From an uncultured delta proteobacterium (GTDB taxonomy: Bacteria > Myxococcota > Myxococcia > Myxococcales > Anaeromyxobacteraceae), in the NCBI GenBank assembly GCA_963828255.1, contig CAWHDZ010000020.1, positions 1 through 45,564 on the forward strand: a stretch of 45,564 nt of DNA. Direction: 5' to 3'. The position numbers were made by a program, and so were the translations under genes. Positions 40,892 to 45,564 of the stretch are shown here, piece after piece (position 1 is the first letter of the stretch; every line of letters begins with the position of its first letter). The notes beneath the pieces are model-generated. The model had not been told where the DNA came from. It did not search any database and was given only the letters and a program-made list of their open reading frames with translations.

Positions 40892-43800
40892 TCAGTTGCC
40901 CCCGACCCGCGCTTCGTCCCGCGCGTTCTCCTCGAACGCCGCCATCTCCGCCTCGCCGGGCGAGAGCCCCTTCGCCCGCATGCGGGCCTGCGCCTCCAGC
41001 ACCCTCCGGTAGTCGTTGGGCACCACCCGCACGAAGCGGGCGGCCGCCTCCGGCCAGGAGTCGAGAATGCGCCTGCCCAGCGTGGAGCCGGTGAGCGCGA
41101 CGTGGCGCTCGACGAGCCCGCGCACCAGGGCGGCCTCGGCCGGGTCGGTGAGCGGCTCGGAGTCGACCATCTCCCGGTTGAGCACCTTCTCGAACCCGCC
41201 GCCCTCGTCGAGCACGTAGGCCATGCCTCCCGACATGCCGGCCGCGAAGTTGCGCCCGGTCTTGCCGAGCACGACCACCGTGCCGCCGGTCATGTACTCG
41301 CAGCCGTGGTCGCCCACTCCCTCGACCACCGCGGTGGCGCCCGAGTTGCGGACGCAGAAGCGCTCGCCTGCCACGCCGCGGACGAAGGCCTCTCCGGCGG
41401 TGGCCCCGTAGAAGGCCACGTTGCCGATGATGACGTTCTCCTCGGCGACGAAGGTGGCTCCCGCCGGGGGGCGGACGACGATGCGCCCGCCGGAGAGCCC
41501 CTTGCCGATGTAGTCGTTGGCGTCGCCCTCGAGGACCAGCGTCATGCCCGGAGGGATGAAGGCGCCGAAGCTCTGTCCTGCCGACCCCTGGAAGGTGAGC
41601 CGGATGGTGTCGTCGGGGAGGCCGTCCGGCCCCCAGCGGCGCGTCACTTCACTTCCGGTGATGGTCCCGACCACCCGGTTCACGTTGCGGATGGGGACGA
41701 CCGCCTCGACCTTCTTCCCCTGCTCGATGGCCGGTCGGCACAGCTCGAGCAGCGTCGTCACGTCGAGCGACTGCTCGATGCCGTGGTCCTGGACGATCTG
41801 GCAGGTGCGCGCCCACTCCTTGGGGACCCGGGGCTGGAAGAGGATGCGGGAGAAGTCGAGGTTCCGGGCCTTCCAGTGGTCCACGGCGCGGCGCATCTCC
41901 AGCCGCTCCGGGTGGCCCACCATCTCGTCGATGGTGCGGAAGCCCAGCTCGGCCATGTACTCGCGCAGCTCGGTGGCCACGAAGCGCATGAAGTTCACCA
42001 CGTGCGCCGGGTCGCCCGTGAAGCGCTTGCGGAGCTCCGGGTCCTGCGTGGCGACGCCGACCGGGCAGGTGTTCAGGTGGCAGACCCGCATCATGATGCA
42101 GCCCAGGACGACCAGCGGCGCGGTGGCGAAGCCGAACTCCTCGGCGCCGAGCAGCGCGGCCACGGCCACGTCGCGCCCGGTCTTGAGCTGGCCGTCGGCC
42201 TCCACGGTGACCCGGGAGCGCAGGTTGTTGAGGAGCAAGACTTGGTGCGCCTCGGCGAGGCCCAGCTCCCAGGGGATGCCGGCGTGCTTGATGGAGGTGA
42301 GCGGCGAGGCGCCCGTTCCCCCGTCGTAGCCGGAGATGAGGATCACGTCGGCGTGGGCCTTGGCCACGCCTGCGGCGATGGTTCCCACCCCCACCTCGGC
42401 CACCAGCTTCACCGAGATCCGCGCGCCGCGGTTGGCGTTCTTGAGGTCGTGGATGAGCTGGGCCAGGTCCTCGATGGAGTAGATGTCGTGGTGCGGCGGC
42501 GGGGAGATGAGCCCCACACCCGGGGTGGAGTGGCGGACCTTGGCGATCCACGGATAGACCTTGTGGCCGGGGAGCTGGCCACCCTCGCCGGGCTTGGCCC
42601 CCTGGGCGACCTTGATCTGCAGCTCCTTGGCGTGGACCAGGTAGTCGCTCGTCACCCCGAAGCGGGCCGAGGCCACCTGCTTGATGGCGCTGTTCTTCGA
42701 GTCGCCGTTCGGCATGGGCGTGAAGCGGGCCGGGTCCTCCCCGCCCTCGCCGGTGTTGGACTTGCCTCCGATGCGGTTCATCGCCACGGCCAGCGCCTCG
42801 TGCGCCTCCTTGGAGATGGAGCCGTAGCTCATGGCGCCGGTCTTGAAGCGGCGGAGGATGGCCTCCACCGACTCGACCTCGGCCAGCGGCACCGGCCGGG
42901 CGCCGGGCCGGAAGTCCATGAGGCCGCGCAGCGTGCAGAGGGTCTTCGACTGGTTGTTCACCAGCGCGGCGTACTCCTTGTACGCGGGGTAGCTCCCGGT
43001 CCGGCAGGCGTGCTGGAGCCGGTGCACCGTCTCCGGGTTGAAGAGGTGGTACTCGCCGTCGGCGCGGAACTGGTACTGCCCCCCGGTGCCCAGCGTGGTG
43101 TGTCGGATGGCGCGCGGCGGGTAGGCGCGGTAGTGGCGCTCCTTCACCTCGCGGGCCACCACGTCGATGCCCACGCCGCCGATGCGGCTCGAGGTCCAGG
43201 TGAAGTACTCGTCGATGAAGTCCTGGTTCAGCCCGACCGCCTCGAACACCTGGGCGCCGTGGTAGCTCTGGATGGTGGAGATCCCCATCTTGGAGATGAC
43301 CTTCGAGATCCCCTTGTTGACCGCCTTGATGTACTTCTTCTCGGCCTTGGCGGCTGGCCCGGGGATGAGCCCCTGGCGCACCTGGTCGTCGATGGTCTCG
43401 AAGGCGAGGTACGGGTTCACGGCGCTGGCGCCGTAGCCGATGAGCATGGCGAAGTGGTGCACCTCGCGGGGTTCGCCCGACTCGACCGCGATGCCCACCT
43501 TGGTGCGCGTGCCCTCGCGGAGCAGGTGGTGGTGCACCGCCGAGACCGCCAGCAGCGCCGGGATGGGCGCGTCCCACTCGTCGTGGCCGCGGTCGGAGAT
43601 GATGAGCAGGTTGTGCCCCTCGGCGATGGCCTCGGACGCCTGCACCTGCATGACCTCGATGGACCGGCGCAGGCCGGCGCCGCCGTCGGCGACGGGGAAG
43701 AGGGCCGGGATGGTGATGGAGCGGAACCCCCGGCTGCGGGGGCCGCCGTCGAGGGCGCGCAGCCGCTCCAGATCCTCGTTGGTGAGGACCGGCGTGGGCA

Positions 43801-45496
43801 CCTCGAGCTGACGGCAGGCCTCCGGGGTGGGCTCGAGCATGTTGCCCTCGGGCCCGACCGCGGTCTCGATCCCCATGATGATCTCCTCGCGGATGGCGTC
43901 CACGGGAGGGTTGGTCACCTGGGCGAAGAGCTGCTTGAAGTAGCCGTAGAGGAGCTGCGGCTTCTCGGAGAGGACCGCCAGCGGCGTGTCGGTGCCCATG
44001 GAGCCGAGGGGCTCGCCGCCGGTGGTGGCCATGGGGTTGATGACGATCTTGAGGTCCTCGGCGGTGTAGCCGAAGGTCTCCTGGCGGCGAAGCACCGTCT
44101 CGTGGTCCGGCTCGTGGACCGAGGGAGCCGCGGGCAGGTCCTCGAGCTTGACCAGGTACTCCTTCAGCCACTCTGCGTAGGGCTCGGCCGAGGCGACGCG
44201 CTGCTTCAGCTCGTCGTCGGGGACGATGCGCTTCTCGCGGGTGTCCACGAGGAACATGCGCCCCGGCTGCAGCCGCCCCTTCTGCTTCACGTTCTCGACC
44301 GGGATGTCGAGCACGCCCACCTCGGAGGCCATGACCACCAGGCCGTCGTGGGTGACGTAGTAGCGGGCCGGCCGCAGGCCGTTGCGGTCCAGGGTGGCGC
44401 CCACCAGTTCACCATCCGTGAACGCGATGGAAGCCGGGCCGTCCCAGGGCTCCATGATGCAGGAGTGGAACTCGTAGAAGGCCTTCTTCTCCGGGCTCAT
44501 CGACTCGTGCTTGGCCCAGGGCTCGGGGACCATCATCATCATGGCGTGCGGCAGAGAGCGCCCCGAGAGGTGCAGGAGCTCGAGCACGTTGTCGAACATG
44601 GCCGAGTCGGAACCGTCGGTGTCCACGACGGTGAGGACCTTCTTGAGATCCTCGCCGAAGAGCTTCGACGCCATCTGGCTCTGGCGCGCGTGCATCCAGT
44701 TGATGTTGCCGCGCAGCGTGTTGATCTCGCCGTTGTGGGAGATGAAGCGGTACGGGTGGGCGCGCGACCAGCTGGGGAAGGTGTTGGTGGAGAAGCGCGA
44801 GTGCACCATGGCGATGGCGGAGGCCATCTCCGGATTCGACAGGTCCGGGTAGAACTCGCGGAGCTGGCCGGCATTCAGCATGCCCTTGTAGACGATGGTG
44901 CGGCAGGACAGGCTCGCCACGTAGAACTCGCGCCGCCCCGGGATGTTGGAGCGGAGGATGGACTTCTTGGCCATGCGCCGGATGACGTAGAGCTTGCGCT
45001 CGAAGGCCATCACGTCGTCGGCCACCGCGCCGGCGCCCACCAGGAGCTGGCGGATGACCGGCTGGCTGGCCTTGGCCATGTCACCCAGCGCGGCGGCGTC
45101 GAACGGGACGTCGCGCCAGCCCAGGACGAGCTGCCCCTCGGCCCGCACCGCCTCCTCGATCTTCCTCTCGCAGGCCGTGCGGCTGGGCAGGTCGGCGGGC
45201 AGGAAGACCATGCCCGCGGCGTAGCGGCCGGAGCGCGGCAGCTCGATGGCGAGCCGGGTGGCCTCCTTGCGGAGGAAGGCGTCGGGGTTCTGGAGCAGGA
45301 TGCCCGCGCCGTCGCCGGTGTTCTTCTCGGCGCCGGCGGCCCCGCGGTGCTCGAGGTTGACGAGCACCTGGAGGGCCTGCTGCACGATGGCGTGCGACCT
45401 GCGCCCACCGATGTCCACCACGAAGCCGAAGCCGCAGGCGTCGTGCTCGTTGGCCGGGTCGTAGAGCCCCTGCTTCTCCGGTGTCCCCGTCGTCAT
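40892..45496 (-). CDS. gltB: Glutamate synthase large subunit
   Basis: [60 protein letters not shown] domain. Confidence 0.99.
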   Translation of the reverse strand: MTTGTPEKQGLYDPANEHDACGFGFVVDIGGRRSHAIVQQALQVLVNLEHRGAAGAEKNTGDGAGILLQNPDAFLRKEATRLAIELPRSGRYAAGMVFLPADLPSRTACERKIEEAVRAEGQLVLGWRDVPFDAAALGDMAKASQPVIRQLLVGAGAVADDVMAFERKLYVIRRMAKKSILRSNIPGRREFYVASLSCRTIVYKGMLNAGQLREFYPDLSNPEMASAIAMVHSRFSTNTFPSWSRAHPYRFISHNGEINTLRGNINWMHARQSQMASKLFGEDLKKVLTVVDTDGSDSAMFDNVLELLHLSGRSLPHAMMMMVPEPWAKHESMSPEKKAFYEFHSCIMEPWDGPASIAFTDGELVGATLDRNGLRPARYYVTHDGLVVMASEVGVLDIPVENVKQKGRLQPGRMFLVDTREKRIVPDDELKQRVASAEPYAEWLKEYLVKLEDLPAAPSVHEPDHETVLRRQETFGYTAEDLKIVINPMATTGGEPLGSMGTDTPLAVLSEKPQLLYGYFKQLFAQVTNPPVDAIREEIIMGIETAVGPEGNMLEPTPEACRQLEVPTPVLTNEDLERLRALDGGPRSRGFRSITIPALFPVADGGAGLRRSIEVMQVQASEAIAEGHNLLIISDRGHDEWDAPIPALLAVSAVHHHLLREGTRTKVGIAVESGEPREVHHFAMLIGYGASAVNPYLAFETIDDQVRQGLIPGPAAKAEKKYIKAVNKGISKVISKMGISTIQSYHGAQVFEAVGLNQDFIDEYFTWTSSRIGGVGIDVVAREVKERHYRAYPPRAIRHTTLGTGGQYQFRADGEYHLFNPETVHRLQHACRTGSYPAYKEYAALVNNQSKTLCTLRGLMDFRPGARPVPLAEVESVEAILRRFKTGAMSYGSISKEAHEALAVAMNRIGGKSNTGEGGEDPARFTPMPNGDSKNSAIKQVASARFGVTSDYLVHAKELQIKVAQGAKPGEGGQLPGHKVYPWIAKVRHSTPGVGLISPPPHHDIYSIEDLAQLIHDLKNANRGARISVKLVAEVGVGTIAAGVAKAHADVILISGYDGGTGASPLTSIKHAGIPWELGLAEAHQVLLLNNLRSRVTVEADGQLKTGRDVAVAALLGAEEFGFATAPLVVLGCIMMRVCHLNTCPVGVATQDPELRKRFTGDPAHVVNFMRFVATELREYMAELGFRTIDEMVGHPERLEMRRAVDHWKARNLDFSRILFQPRVPKEWARTCQIVQDHGIEQSLDVTTLLELCRPAIEQGKKVEAVVPIRNVNRVVGTITGSEVTRRWGPDGLPDDTIRLTFQGSAGQSFGAFIPPGMTLVLEGDANDYIGKGLSGGRIVVRPPAGATFVAEENVIIGNVAFYGATAGEAFVRGVAGERFCVRNSGATAVVEGVGDHGCEYMTGGTVVVLGKTGRNFAAGMSGGMAYVLDEGGGFEKVLNREMVDSEPLTDPAEAALVRGLVERHVALTGSTLGRRILDSWPEAAARFVRVVPNDYRRVLEAQARMRAKGLSPGEAEMAAFEENARDEARVGGN

Positions 45497-45564
45497 CTTC
45501 CCTGTCGTCCTTTTCCGGAAAACCCACGTCGCGTCGCCCTCATGCCGCGAGGCGAACCGCGAAG

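Noticed and set aside
45511..45522. TTTTCCGGAAAA palindrome upstream of gltB
   Set aside because: Short, at the window edge and not matched to a known operator; cannot be supported without more upstream sequence.

Overview
High-GC bacterial DNA. Gene content and order (PadC-like/bactofilin locus, sigma54 two-component system, an Anaeromyxobacter-type HNH-family N-terminus) suggest Myxococcota, probably Anaeromyxobacter-like; this is an inference. At the left end is the edge of a genomic island at tRNA-Gly(GCC) (2913-2987, minus strand). It carries a YbaL-type K+/H+ antiporter and a broken tyrosine integrase whose reading frame runs through the att/tRNA, as in myxophages Mx8/Mx9. Next is an apparently older ~4.1 kb insertion bracketed by the intact pgsA 3' end and a decayed 141-bp copy of it. 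The rest is mostly core genome: slt/TPR-AIM24/pgsA, nadB, a minus-strand run HTH-REC/TPR/lysophospholipase/mini-bactofilin/PadC-like/pyrE/lipoprotein, a Nit1 amidase, an HlyD-ABC-TolC efflux system with divergent sigma54 promoters plus its own kinase and NtrC-type activator, a truncated DUF222/HNH-family gene behind a highly structured leader, pruA, an ATP-grasp gene preceded by a 22-codon ORF, an OmpR-type two-component pair, ABC-F, DEAD-box helicase, OFA MFS, lipocalin and gltBD. Two frameshifts in G-runs (lysophospholipase, pruA) look like sequencing errors. No CRISPR array or rRNA was seen. All family calls come from motif recognition by eye, not from database searches.
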